38,156 nt of DNA from NCBI GenBank assembly GCA_038087875.1, contig JAXLNO010000567.1:62001-100156 (forward strand). The letters are read 5' to 3'. Below, in pieces: positions 10,618 to 23,127 of the stretch. This stretch comes from Malacoraja senta. Lineage: Eukaryota. The notes below the pieces were generated by a model. It was not told where the DNA came from. It did not search any database and saw only the letters and a program-made list of their open reading frames with translations. Every line of letters starts with the position of its first letter. The first letter of the stretch is position 1. A program made the position numbers and the translations under genes.

Positions 10618-11432
10618 TGCCAGCACAATAACCTGGCCCTCAACACCAGCAAAACCAAGGAACTGATTGTGGACTTTGGAAGGAGTAGGATGGGGACCCA
10701 CAGTCCCATTTATATCAATGGGTCGATGGTTGAAAGGGTCAAGAGCTTCAAATTCCTGGGCGTGCACATCTCTGAAGATCTTTCCTGGTCCGAGAACACT
10801 GATGCTATTATTAAGAAAGCACATCAGCGCCTCTACTTCCTGAGAAGATTACGGAGAGTCGGTTTGTCAAGGAGGACTCTCTCTAACTGCTACAGGTGCA
10901 CAGTAGAGAGCATGCTGACCGGTTGCATCGTGGCTTGGTTCGGTAACTTGAGCGCCGTGGAGAGGAAAAGGCTGCAAAGAGTAGTAAACACTGCCCAGTC
11001 CATCATCGGCTCTGACCTCCCTTCCATCGAGGGGATCTATCACAGTCGCTGCCTCAAAAAGGCTGGCAGCATCATCAAGGACCCACACCATCCTGGCCAC
11101 ACACTCATCTCTCCGCTGCCATCAGGTAGAAGGTACAGGAGCCTGAAGACTGCAATGTCCAGGTTCAGGAATAGCTACTTCCCCACAGCCATCAAACTAT
11201 TAAACCTGGCTCGGACAAAACTCTGAACATTAATAATCCATTATCTGTTATTTGCACTTTATCAGTTTATTTATTCATGTGTGTATATATTTATATAATG
11301 GTATATGGACACACTGATCTGTTTTGTAGTCAATGCCTACTATGTTCTGTTGTGCTGAAGCAAAGCAAGAATTTCATTGTCCTATCAGGGACACATGACA
11401 ATAAACTCACTTGAACTTGACTTGAACTTGAA
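10618..11432 (+). mobile_element. Rex1/Babar 3' fragment (RT C-terminus, stop at 11226)
   Basis: [42 protein letters not shown]; (CTTGAA)n tail; CATT repeated at 10614-17 and 11433-36; interrupts a CR1 fragment. Confidence 0.9.
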
Positions 11433-11634
11433 CATTGAGGCTGGGACTATCCCATTGTTTCAAGATGTTCCCTGGCTTGTTATGACAGCCTTTCTAAAGG
11501 TATAACATTACTCACCCTCCAGTTGCCTGACATCTCACCCATAGCTAAAGATGATGCAAATATATCTGCCACGGACACTGCAATTTCTTCCCTAGATTCC
11601 CACAATGTCCTAGAATACACTTCATAAGATCAGA

Positions 11635-12505
11635 GGATCATAAGTGATAGGAGCAGAATTAACCATTCGGCCCATCAAGTCTACTCCATCATTCAATCTG
11701 ATCTATCTCTCCCTCCTAACCCCATTCTCCTGCCTTCTCCCCATAACCTCTGACCATATTAATCAACAATCTATCTATCTCTGCCTTAAATATATCCACT
11801 GACTTGGCCTCCACAGCCTTCTGCGGCAATGAATTCCACAGGTTCACCACCATCTGACTAAAGAAATTCTTCCTCATCACCTTCCTAAAAGAACACCTTT
11901 TAATTCTGAGGCTATGACCTCTAGTCCTAGACTCTCCCACTAGTGGAAACATCCTCTCCATGTCCACTCTATCCAGGCCTTTAACTATTCTGTATGTTTC
12001 AATGAGGTCCCCCCCTCATTCTTCTAAACTCCAGCTCCTTCTAAACTTGGTCAGGGCCTGGGGATTCATCCATATTAAATGTGCTTCAAGATTGACAGCA
12101 CCTCCGCTTTTAATGTATTCACTGCAATTTAGAAGGATGAGATGGGATCTTACAGAAACATATAAAATTCTTAAGGGATTGGACAGGCTAGATGCAGGAA
12201 AAATGGTCCCGATGTTGGGGGAGTCCAGAACCAATGAACACGGTTTAAGAATAAGGGGGAGGCCATTTAGGACTGAAATGAGAAAAAACTTTTTCTTCCA
12301 GAGAGTTGGAATTCTCTGTCACATAAGGCAGTGGATGTTTTCAAGAGAGAGTTAGATTTAGCTCTTAGGGCTAACGGAATCAAGGGATATGGGGAGAAAG
12401 CAGGAACGGGGAACTGATTTTGGATGATCAGCCGTGATCATATTGAATGGCGGTGCTGGCTCGAAGGGCCAAATGGCCTATTCCTGCACCTATTTTCCAT
12501 GTTTC
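11635..12505. mobile_element. Two CR1-clade 3' fragments head to head (11635-12035 minus, 12112-12505 plus)
   Basis: ESRTRGHSLRIK..VVNLWNSLP; FRRMRWDLTETYKILKGLDRLDAG. Confidence 0.8.
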
Positions 12506-13166
12506 TTTATTCCTGTAAAGTGGTTCCAAGATAGCACTAACCATTTCCCATTATTCCTGAGATTAAATCATCAAGTACTTTCAAAGGCTATGAAAGATTT
12601 GTGGTCAATGATGAAATCCAGGGTCAAGGGGGATTAGAAGGGAACATTTCTAATGTTCAGATCAGTCATGAACTTATGGCCATATGGCCACCATATGCAC
12701 CCAAGCAATCTTCATCATTCACAATTTTTCTGCCAATCTGCTGGAGCAGAATAATTCTGTGGGAATTTTTGTTTTTAGAGATATAGCATGGAAACAGGCC
12801 CTGTTAGTGGATAGTGTTAATGTGCAGGGATCGCTGGTCGGCACGGACCCGGTGGGTAGAAGGACCTGTTTCCCCGCTGTATCTCTAAACTGTAAAACAC
12901 TGGAGGTCACAATTAAAGACTTTGCACAGACAACACTGGAGGTCACAATTGAACTCTGGTTGCTAGAACTGTGAGGCAGCAGCTCCACGAGCAGCTATGC
13001 TGTCTTGTTCGGGCAGGATACGGTTTAACTATGAATAGAAAAACTTAATATTGTATTCTTGTTGTTGTACATTCGTCATGTTGTTGTGTGAACGAAATCT
13101 GCAGCAAGCACGAATTTCATAATTCCAATCCTGTTGCACGTGTCAATTAAATATTCGTAAATCTTT

Positions 13167-14107
13167 CCTCCTAGCAGGCAAATCAGACCATTTCCAAAAG
13201 ATTTGGTCTCCATGTATCGACTTATTAGAAGCATAGGGTGCAACATAAAATAAATGGTTTCAGGACCTGGTGACGGCTCTGTCTTACCTGTTTGCGGTCA
13301 TCGGCGGTGAAGCGCGGCGTCGCCGGTAGAGGGGTCCGCACGGCAACGGCGAGAGCGCCGAGCCTATCCACGGGAGCGCCGCACGGATGCTGCGCGGGGG
13401 CCGAGTGATTCAAATGCGGCTGGTCCCACGTGCTTGCGGTAAGTAAAAAAAAGGGCGGGCCCACTGCGATGACGTCGGCCGTCCTGATCGCGGCGCTGTA
13501 GCGGTGGCTGTGCCTGCGGCCGTGCCGCACACGTGACCTCACTGGCGGAGGCTGTGGCAGTGGAGGTTTGACGCACGGCGCTCGAGCCACACTGGCGGCG
13601 GCCCGTGCGGGCGGCCGTGCCGCACTCGTGCATCACTGGTGGAGGTTGTGCGGTAAGAATATAGTTTTCAACAGTGTAGGTTTTATTTTAGCACCGTGCG
13701 GTGTTGGGAACACCGCCGCACGGCCCCGGAATTGTGCGTTCTCACGAGTGCGCGGTCTATGGCGGCAGATTCTTCCCGTTTCGCCACCAATGACCGCAGA
13801 CTCGTGAGACAGGCCTTTAAAGATACGAAGTAGGTACATCCCTGTTATTTAACTTTCTTATGTCTTCTGTTTTCTATTTTTCTCTTTCTTTTCCTTTGGT
13901 TTTCTTTGTAACGCTTTCTCGTGTTTTACGTTTCTGCGGGTTTCTCCTGATCACTCTTTCATGCGCTTACTATCTTATCTAACTCTCTCTATCCTTCTTC
14001 TTTTTTAATGTTTAAAACAAGAAGTGGTACAGGAAATGTATTGTGTTATTTTGGGCTTATATCTCTGTAATGTACGTTGCTTCTACTAAATAAAATATTT
14101 TAAACAA
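13167..14107 (+). mobile_element. L1-clade LINE 3' fragment with nested MITE
   Basis: Perfect 18-bp TSD AAATATTCGTAAATCTTT 13149-66 / 14108-25 at a TT/AAA site; LLAGKSDHFQKIWSPCIDLLEA*; A-rich tail. Confidence 0.8.
13274..13816. mobile_element. Second copy of the 1935-2515 DNA transposon family
   Basis: Colinear with 1935-2515, fewer internal repeats, same right TIR; sits in an L1 3' UTR. Confidence 0.75.
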
Positions 14108-14284
14108 AAATATTCGTAAATCTTTAACCAGTTCTGCACGGAGTTTGTACGTTCTCCCTGTGACCTGCGTGCGTTTTCTCCAAGATCTTCGGTTTCCTCC
14201 CGCACTCCAAAGACGTACAGGTTTGTAAGTTAATTGGCTTGGTAGAAGAGTAAAATTGTCCCTAGTGTGTGCAGGATTGTGTCA

Positions 14285-14469
14285 AGGGCCTGTCCCACTT
14301 GGGTGTCACGCAGATGGCCCGCGAAGATTTTGTACATCCCAAAATCCTGGGGTGCTGCGTGCGACCGCGCGTCACTGCCTACGTCACCGGGCACCATGCG
14401 CGCGCGTCGTGACACATTAATGATGTCGCATAAATGACGCGCAAATGGCGCCCAAGTGGGACAGGCCCT
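14285..14469. mobile_element. PIF/Harbinger-like MITE in a SINE
   Basis: Perfect TIR AGGGCCTGTCCCACTTGGG; flanks TCA / TTA. Confidence 0.8.
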
Positions 14470-14923
14470 TTAGTGTGCGAGGATCGCTGGTCGATGCGGA
14501 CTCGGTGGGCTGAAGGGCCTGTTTCCGAGCTCTTTCTCTAAACTAAACTAAACTAGTTCGGCTGGGATTATTTTCTTTGGAACAAAGGATACACAGAGAT
14601 TTAATTGAGGGTTATAAAATTATGAGTGGATTAGCAGAAAGCTTGAGTAGAAAACACGTTTTGACTTATTTGTGTTATCCTGTTCCTGCATGTTCTAAGC
14701 AGAGGAAATCTCAGTTACTTTTCCCCTGTACCTACAGTTCCTACACCATCGTTAAATTCGCCATTTAAACCGTCATTGATGGACGAATAACAGGTAATGA
14801 TGAATAGGAGATACTGTCTGCTGTTCAGTTTAGTTTAGTTTAGATATACAGCACGAAAACAGGCCCTTCGGGTCTGATTCCGTGCTGAGTCCGCGCCGAC
14901 CAGCGATCCCCGCACACTAACAC

Positions 14924-15088
14924 TTCTTCTTATCGACTCCACACATAAGATTAGAAGTTGTTCAGTCAGAGCTGAACAAACTTCTCAGCATCTGCATACA
15001 ATGGCGTCTGTCTTGTCGCTTCTTGTGCGTGGTGGCGGAAAGATTGGTGGAAACAGGGCCGCGACGTGAACGCTATTTCCTGGACCCC
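14924..15088 (-). mobile_element. Short non-autonomous retroposon with HDV-ribozyme head and (GAA)n tail, family B
   Basis: Imperfect 10-bp TSD ACACTAACAC 14914-23 / ACGTTAACAC 15089-98 within an HE1-type SINE; 3' hairpin 14953-14985; ends GATAAGAAGAA on the minus strand. Confidence 0.8.
15037..15088 (-). ncRNA. HDV-like self-cleaving ribozyme, family B
   Basis: Minus strand reads GGGGTC CA GGAAATA GCG TTCACGT CGC GGCCCT GTTTCCA CCAA TCTTTCC: P1 6 bp with G1-U, P2 6 of 7 bp, P3 GCG/CGC, L3 TTCACGT. Confidence 0.8.
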
Positions 15089-15324
15089 ACGTTAACACCA
15101 TCCTACACCCACTAGGGACACTTTTACATTCATACCAAGCCAATTCACCTACAAACCTGTGCGTCTTTGGAGTGTGGGAGGAAACCGAAGATCTCGGAGA
15201 AAACCCACGCAGGTCACGGGGAGAACGTGCAAACTCCGTACAGACAGCGCCCGCAGTCAGGATCGAACCGGGGTCTCTGGCGCTGTGAGGCAGCAACTCT
15301 ACCGCTGCACCACTGTGCCGCCCC

Positions 15325-15460
15325 TGTACTGACCTCCCCGCCATCGAAGAGATGTATTGGAGGCATTGCCTGAAAAAGGGGGGCAAAAGCATCAAAGACC
15401 CCAAACACACTCGTGTTTCAGTACCACCACCATCGGGAGAAGGTGCAGGAGCCTGAAAAA
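15325..15460 (+). mobile_element. Degenerate Rex1/Babar fragment
   Basis: DLPAIEEMY.RHCLKK..SIKDP..PSGRR-like, frameshifted. Confidence 0.6.
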
Positions 15461-16142
15461 CATTTTGGGTTGGGACCCTTCTTCAGACTGATTGTAGGTG
15501 GGAGGGTGGGGGGGGGGGGGGAAGGGGGGATTCAGAGAAGTTTCAGAGAAGACATCCCAATTTGTCCAAAGTCTCCTTCAAGCTCATACTCCCAAATCCA
15601 GCAGAAAACAGATAAAGAGAAGGAATTGGCGACGCATAGACAAGGTAGACAGCCAGAACCTTTTTCCCAGGATGGAGAATCAAATACTAGAGGGCACAGC
15701 TTTAAGGTGAGAGGGGCAAAGTTTAAAGGAGCTGTGAGGGGCAACTTCTTTACACTGCGGGTGGCGGGCATCTGGAAAGTGCTGCCCGGGGGTGGTAGTT
15801 GAGACAGATATACGATAGAGGCATGAATGGGGCATGGATATGAAGGGAATGGACAGATATGGATCATGTGCAGGCAGATCAGAGTTGGTCTTGGCATCAT
15901 GATGACAGGGACAATGTGGGCCGAAGGGCCTGTTCTGATGCTGTACTGTTCTATTAGTTGAATAAATTGACTGTAAATACACATGGCTTTCAGAAATAAA
16001 ACAGGGAACTGAATGTTCAGTTCAAATTACAGTCCCCGAGAGACCTATTAATTATTTAGGGCCAATTTTATGTGAACAAGGATCCACCATTCAATCATGG
16101 CTGATCTACCGTATATCTCCCTCTCAACCCCATTCTCACCAG

Positions 16143-16376
16143 GAACTGTGTAGGAAGGAACTGCAGATGCTGGTTTACACCGAAGATAGGCACAAACTGC
16201 TGGAGTAACTCAGCGTGACAGGCAGCATCTCCGGAGAGAAGGAATGCGTGACGATTCGGGTCGAGACCTTGAGTCTGAAGAAGGGTCCAGAACCGAAACG
16301 CCACCCATTCCTTCTCTCCAGAGATGCTGCCTGTCCCGCTGAGTTACTCCAGCTTTTAGTGTCTATCTTCTTAAAC
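16143..16376. mobile_element. Palindromic Penelope-like insertion
   Basis: Inverted arms around GTCTGAAGAAGGG..CCGAAACG. Confidence 0.65.
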
Positions 16377-16711
16377 AAATATCAATATTGATTTTAAACA
16401 CCGCCCATTAAAAAATCTGAAAATATTCAAATCATTTGAAACGCTTCTACCGAACATATTGGAAACACTGATTCATGAGTTGCAGAGCTCAGGAGAGACA
16501 TTAGTGTCGATCCCAATGATAGACACAGAAAGCTGGAGTAACTCAACGGGACAGGCAGCATCTCCGGAGAGAAGGAATGGGTGACGTTTCGGGTCGAGAC
16601 CCTTCTTCACCAATCCCCTCTACGTCAGGTGATCCCACATGGCTTCCCCTTTCCCCACAACCTTACAAATGTTTCCTTCTCTAGAATATATCTGGAACAC
16701 CAGGTTGTCAC

Positions 16712-17250
16712 CAGGACTAGAGGGTCTGAGCTATAGAGAGAGGATGAGTAGGCTGGGTCTCTATTCCATGGAGCGCAGGAGGATGATGGGGTGATCTTAT
16801 AGAGGTGTAAAAAGTCACAAGAGGAATAGATCGGGTAGATGCACAGAGTCTCTTGCCCAGAGTAGGGGACATAGGTTCAAGGGTTAACTTTTTCACACAG
16901 AGGGGGGTGGAAGATTGCAACCTTCACGCCCTGTTTCGACTAATGCAATCAACTCGACGTGCACAAACGGAAGATCAAATAGAACAAGTTGTCGAACAAC
17001 TTTAGGCTGTGCACGTCACACGAAAGAAGAAGAAGAAGGGTGGTGGGTGTATGGAACAAGCTGCCAGAGGAGGTAGTTGAGGCTGGGTCTAACCCAACGT
17101 TTAAGAAACATTTGGGCAGGTACATGGATAGGACAGGTTTAGAGGGATATGGACCAAATGCAGGCAGGTGGGACTAGTGTAGCTGGGACATGTTGGCCGG
17201 TGTGGGCAAGTTGGGCCGAAGGGCCTGTTTCCACACTGTATCACTTGTGA
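16712..17250 (+). mobile_element. CR1-clade 3' fragment hosting family A copy 2
   Basis: GLEGLSYRER..VVGVWNKLPEEVVEAG; tail GGGCCGAAGGGCCTGTTTCC. Confidence 0.8.
16904..17036 (+). mobile_element. Family A copy 2, ribozyme with internal deletion
   Basis: Same 5' start GGGGTGG-AA-GATTGCA-ACC-TTCACG; about 7 nt covering P3' and the start of P1' are missing; GTTTCGACTAATGCAATC retained; GAA tail; splits a CR1 fragment (CACACAGAGG|GTGGTGGGTGT). Confidence 0.8.
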
Positions 17251-18042
17251 CTCTATATCCAATTCTCACATAAATTATTTGTCAGTCGACTTCCGAGCAG
17301 TTTGTTTGAGATCAAAACAACCTCATTGTCCCATCTGTTTATTCTGCTTGTGGTTTTACTCAGAACTACTCCAGTTACAAACAGCAGTGGTTTTGGAAAT
17401 TGCTCGCTCCTCTTTATTTCATTAAAACTTTGCATAACTTTTTCAATTGGGACAAAAACAGAGAAAAGCTGCCTCCATATGAAGACAATCCAATCGAACA
17501 CTCACAGGGCAAAGACTGCCAGCATTCACTGGGAAAGGCAAACTTATGTCACCTTCCAATTTGTAAAGTAAATATAGACTTTGCAATGATAAGAAAATGG
17601 ATTTGATACCATCTGTCAGACCCTCCCATTGACATATGATGAAAGAAAGGACCGACTGGGCTTATATTCACTGGAAGTTAGAAGGATGAGAGGCTATCTT
17701 ATAGAAACATAACATTCTTAAAGGACTGGCTAGATTCAGGAAAAATGTTCCCCGTGTTGGGGAATTCCAGAACCAGGGGCACAGTTTAAGAATAAGGGGG
17801 AAGGCCATTTAGGACTGAGATGAGGAAAAACTTTTTCACACAGAGAGTGGTGAATCTGTGGAATTCTCTGCCACAGAAGGCAGTGGAGGCCAGGGTCTGA
17901 AGAAGGGTTTTGACCCGAAACGTTGCCTATTTCCTTCACTCCATAGATGCTGCCTCACCCGCTGAGTTTCTCCAGCATTTTTGTCTACCTTTGAGGCCAA
18001 TTCACTGGATGTTTGCAAAAGAGAGTTAGATTTCGCCTTTAG

Positions 18043-18350
18043 AAAAAAATAATATCACGATACAAAAACCAGACTGTGGTAATACACCCACCAACATAGT
18101 ACAAAATACCAATTTACTTAAATTTTCAAACCACTATGTGACAATCCTTACAAATATACTGAATAAATACAGTACAACAAGGTCCCTCTCTAACACCACC
18201 CGGGTGTGGACGTAACCCCGGAAAAGGGCCAAGCATCTGGCTCGGGCGAAACCCTCTTCCGCCTGGCGCCGTGACTCGCGGATGGCCAGCTTGGCCAGGC
18301 CCAGGAGCAACCCAACCAGGACATCTTCGGCCTTGCCCACTCCCTAGATG
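18043..18350 (-). mobile_element. Tx1-like LINE 3' fragment
   Basis: EDVLVGLLLGLAKLAIRESRRQA..CLALFRGYVHTRVVLER followed by a T-rich 3' UTR. Confidence 0.65.
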
Positions 18351-18879
18351 CCGTCACCAGGCCTTCGGTCGCTGGCACCAGAGGCGCTCCTCCCCTTGTG
18401 GACCCCAGGTGGTGTGGCAGTGCTCCTTGCCCTCCGGACACTGCTGGAGTAGCTCAGTGGGTCAGACAGCATCTCTGGAGAATGGGAAGGGGTGACGTTT
18501 CGGGTCCAGACCCTTCTTCCGGCCATTCACAAGTCCAGATAGCTTTCAAGGTCATAAGTGATAGGAGTAGAATTCGGCCATTCGGCCCATCGAGTCTACC
18601 CCGCCATTCAATCATGGTTGATCTATCTCTCCCTCCTAACCCCATTCTCCTGCCTTCACCCCATAACCTCTGACACCCGTAATAATCAAGAATCTATCTA
18701 TCTCTGCCTTAAAAGTATCCACGTGACTTGGCCTCTAAGGCCTTGTGTGGCAAAGGATGCCACAGATTCACCACCTTCTGATTAAAGAATTTTCTCCTCA
18801 TCTTCCGAAAAGAACGTCCTTTAATTCTGAGGCTGTTACCTCTCGACCCAGACTCTCTCACTAGTGGAAACACCCACTT

Positions 18880-18946
18880 ATGGGACAAACCAATTTAGCC
18901 CAAAATACGGGATGTCCCGGCTAATACGGGACAGTTGGCAAACTTA
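18880..18946. mobile_element. Possible hAT-type transposon end
   Basis: Repeated ATACGGGA subterminal motifs ending GTTGGCAAACTTA, resembling the reverse of a TAGGGTTGCCAAC TIR. Confidence 0.35.
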
Positions 18947-19933
18947 TCCACTGATGTAACTCCACCTAGGACCAGTGGATAATCCAGGGGGTCGACTTGC
19001 ACATTGGACAAGAAAGGCAATGCTTTCGTTAAGATCTTTTTATTGCTGTGAGTGATACTATCTAAAGAAAACAAATGGGTTTGGCAGAGAGCTGAGCTTT
19101 GTCTAGACTGCACAGTAATGTCACTTGAAGTGAACAGTGCAAAATAAAAAATTAAGGTACAGAAATAGGTTAAATTCAGAGTGGAACTCGTTCTGCAGAG
19201 TTATGTCAAGTGCACCCAGGAAAAGGCATATGGGAACCAAAAGGGATGCTTTAAGAATAATGGGTGAAGCGGAAACTGCATCCGAGCATCTGTCTGCATT
19301 AATGCTGTGACACATTTGCCAGAGGTTCTGAAATGCTGCCGTAATTCGCTGGCCCGACTCCAGTCTTTCTCAGGGCTTGCAGTACACCACAGCCTTTTAG
19401 CATTCGGGGAAATGAGAAGACTTCTCATCATCGTGCAATCTGAGTCGCGAAGCTGAAGACATTCCAGAGGCGCCACGGTGGTGGGTTGGTGGAGACGCTG
19501 CCTTTCAGCTTTGGCGACCCGGGTTCGATGCTGACCTTGGGTGCCGTCTGTGTGCGGAGTTTGCACCCCCCCCCCCCCCCCCGTGACCACGTGGGTCTCC
19601 TCCCACATCCCAAAGACGTGCAGGTTTGTAAACATAGAAACATAGAAAATAGGTGCAGGAGTAGGCCATTCGGCCCTTCGAGGCAGCACCATCTTTCAAT
19701 ATGATCATGGCTGATCATCCTAAATCAGTACCCCGTTCCTGCTTTCTCCCCATATCCCTTGATTCCGTTAGCCCCAATAGTTATATCTAACGGGCCGGTC
19801 CCACTTGGCGATTTCTCGATTTTCCGTGCTGTATCTTTAAACTAAACTAAACTGCCCTAGGTATAAGATTCTGTGCATTCACCCCCATCCATTCCCCTCA
19901 TGGTTTTATCCACCTCTCTAAGATCACCCCTTA

Positions 19934-20262
19934 TGGGCCTGTCCCACTTGGCGATTTTTCAGGCAACTGCCGGCGACTGTCATAGTCGTAGCAGGTCGCC
20001 GAAAAACGGGCGGCAACCTACGGCATCCTGGCGACAACCTACGACAGCACCTACGTCAGGAGAAGTCAGGCTACGCTCATTGGCGTCAAACCCACTGTCG
20101 CCGAAAATTTCTCAACACGTTGAAAATTTAGCGCCGACCAGAAAGACCCTACGGCTTTTTGCGCGACTGAGGAGACGACTCCCGGCGACCACCGGCGGAC
20201 ATGTGGCGACAAACTAGTCGCCTGCAGTTGCCTAAAAAAATCGCTTAAGTGGGACAGGCCCA
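19934..20262. mobile_element. PIF/Harbinger-like MITE
   Basis: TIR TGGGCCTGTCCCACTT; inverted homolog of 22720-23047; extra partial TIR at 19791-19814. Confidence 0.8.
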
Positions 20263-21514
20263 TAACACTTCCCTACTCACACTAGGGACAACTTTTTAAC
20301 ATGTTACCAAGCCAATTAACCTACAAACCTGTACGTCTTTGGGGCGTGGGAGGAAACCGAAGATCTCGGATAAAACCCACGCAGGTCACGGGGAGAACGT
20401 ACAAACTCCGTACAGACAGCACCCGTAGTCAGGATCGAACTTGGGTCTTTGGCGCTGTAATAGACAACAGGCAATAGGTGTAGGAGTAGGCCATTCGGCC
20501 CTTCGAGCCAGCACCACCATTCAATGTGATCATGGCTGATCATCCCCAATCAGTACCCCGTTCCTGCCTTCTCCCCATATCCCCGGACTCCACTATCTTT
20601 AAGAGCCCTATCTAGCTCTCTCTTGAAAGTATCCAGAGAACCGGCCTCCACCAGGCAGAAAATTCCACAGATTTGCAACTCTCCGTGTGAAAAAGTGTTT
20701 CCTCATCTCCGTTCTAAATGGCTTACCCCTTATTCTTAATTACCCCGTTCCTGCTTTCTCCCTATATCTCTTGATTCTGTTAGCCCTAAGAGCTATATCC
20801 AACTCTCTCTTGCATACATCCAGTGAATTGGCACCGGTAGTCGGGATCGAACCTGGGTCTTTGGCGCTGTAAGTCTACCGCTGCGCCACCGTCCCACCCT
20901 AGCGACCATTAAATGTTCAGCTCAACAGTGAAGGACTTGGGAATGAATCAAAATGAAATCCTCTCCGGACGTTATAATCTCTCTCAACTATCAGATCCTC
21001 CTTAACTCTCTCCCTCCTCCGAGCTTCTCCGCCCACAGCTCACAGTAAGTTTTCTCCCCCTCTCGGTGACTAACAGGGAGTGGTGTCAACATGAAGCGTG
21101 ATCATTGTTGGCAAGATCTGCTTCCATCAATCCAATCGGGTCAATTTCCACCCTGGCTTTCCGAAAGTGAATGAAACAGTTTGTACCACATAAAATAGAA
21201 ATGGTGGAAATATTCCAGCCGGCAAACTCAAATATTGCTCAAACTAAGCGGGGGTCTATTAGCTGTGATAATCAATGCCAGCCCACAGCCCCTTGTTGCT
21301 GTGATTCCAGTCACGATACATCTTCCCAGCTGCAGCGGACTTGAAGGCATTATCCCAACATACTCCCAAAAACAAATCTTTGCATTCCCTACATGAAACC
21401 ACGCGGAGGGAACGACAATTTCCTACTTCATTTGCTATTATTCTGTACAAAAATGGATGCAGTTTTCACAGCACAAGCCAACCCATGCACAATTGGGTAT
21501 CATAAGCTCTAAAC

Positions 21515-22507
21515 ATAAAACATAGAAAATAGGTGCAATAGACAACAGACAATAGGTGCAGGAGTAGGCCATTCGGCCCTTCGAGCCAGCACCGCCATTT
21601 AATGTGATCGCGGCTGATCATCCCCAATCAGTACCCCGTTCCTGCCTTCTCCCCATATCCCCTGACTCCGCTATTTTTAAGAGCCCTATCTAGCTCTCTC
21701 TTGAAAGCATCCAGAGAACCCGCCTCCACCGCCCACTGAGGCAGAGAATTCCACAGACAGGTGCAGGAGTAGGCCATTCGGCCCTTCGAGCCAGCCCCAC
21801 CATTCAACATGACCATGTTTAAGAAAGAACTGCAGATGCTGGAAAAATCAAAGGTAGACAAAATTGCTGGAGAAACTCAACGGGTGAGGCAGCGTCTTTG
21901 GAGCGAAGGAATAGGTGACGTTTTGGGTCGAGACCCTTCTTCTGACTGATGTGGGAGTGGGGGGGGGGGGCGGGAAGAAAGATCAACATGATCACGGCTG
22001 AGCATCCAGAATCAGTACCCCCTTCCTGCTTTCTCCACATATCCCTTGATTCCGTTAGCCCTAAGAGCTATATCCAACTCTCTTTTGAATACATCCAGTG
22101 TAGTGGCCTCCACTGCCTTCTGTGGCAGAGAATTCCACAGATTCGCAACTCTCTGGGTGAAAAAAGATTTTCCTCATCTCAGTCCTAAATGTCCTCCTAC
22201 CCCTTAATTCTTAAACTGTGATCCCTGGTTTTGGACTCCCCCAACAACAGGAACATTTTTCCTGCATCTAGCCTGTCCAATCCCTTCACAATCTTATGTG
22301 TTTCAATAAGATTCCCTCTCATCCTTCTAAAGTGCACAAGCCCAGCCGCTCCATTCTCTCAGCATACGACAGTCCCGCCATCCCGGGAATTAACCTTGTA
22401 AACCTACGCTGCACTCCCTCAATAGCAAGAATGTCCTTCCTCAAATTAGGGGACCAAAACTGCACACAATACTCCAGGTGTGGTCTCACTAGGGCCCTGT
22501 ACAACTG
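21515..22507 (-). mobile_element. CR1-clade 3' fragments with a Penelope-like insertion (21816-21980)
   Basis: LYRALVRPHLEYCVQFWSPNLRKDILAIEGVQRRFTRLIPGM. Confidence 0.85.
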
Positions 22508-22719
22508 GAGAAGGAATTGGGACATTGTGTTACAATGACAGTGTACAAGCATGCATCTGGAATATTGTGTTCAGTTTTGGTCACCCTGCGTTAGGAAGGA
22601 AATTAAGCTGGAAAAAAGTGCACAGGAGATTGACGAGTACTTTGTCAAGACACGAGGTCCTGGTTTCTGGGGAGAAATTAGGCATCTAGAACGTTATTCC
22701 TTGGAGCGCATGAGACTTA

Positions 22720-23047
22720 TGGGCCTGTCCCACTTAGGTGATTTTTTAGGCAACTACAGGCGACTAGTTAGTCGCCACATGTTCGCCGGTGGTCGGCGGG
22801 TGTCGTCTCCTCAGTCGCGCAAAAAGTCGTAGCGTCTTTCTGGCCGCCACTAAATTTTCAACACGTTGAGAAATTTTCGGCGACAGTGGGTTCGACGCCA
22901 ATGGGCGTAGCTTGACTTCTCCTGACGTAGGTGCTGTCGTAGGTTGTCGCCAGGGTGACGTAGGTTGTCGCCCGTTTTTCGGCGCCTTGCTACGACTATG
23001 ACAGTCGCCGGCAGTTGCCTAAAAAAATGCCAAATGGGACAGGCCCA
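22720..23047. mobile_element. PIF/Harbinger-like MITE in a CR1 fragment
   Basis: TIR TGGGCCTGTCCCA; flanks TTA / TAA. Confidence 0.8.
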
Positions 23048-23127
23048 TAAGGGGTGATCTTAGAGAGGTGGATAAAACCATGAGGGGAATGGATGGGGGT
23101 GAATGCACAGAATCTTATACCTAGGGC

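Larger units (their letters stand above)
14826..15322 (-). mobile_element. HE1-type SINE with nested family B ribozyme retroposon
   Basis: Complete head, V-domain and tail once 14924-15088 is removed. Confidence 0.8.

Noticed and set aside
10528..11226. 232-aa ORF as a novel CR1-Rex1 fusion protein
   Set aside because: The first 30 codons are CR1 sequence read in frame by chance into a 5'-truncated Rex1 insertion. The start is GTG and the RT catalytic core is absent.
20263..22719. Inversion of the segment between the two inverted MITEs
   Set aside because: Both flanks of the 22720-23047 MITE are colinear CR1 sequence, so the flanks were not exchanged.
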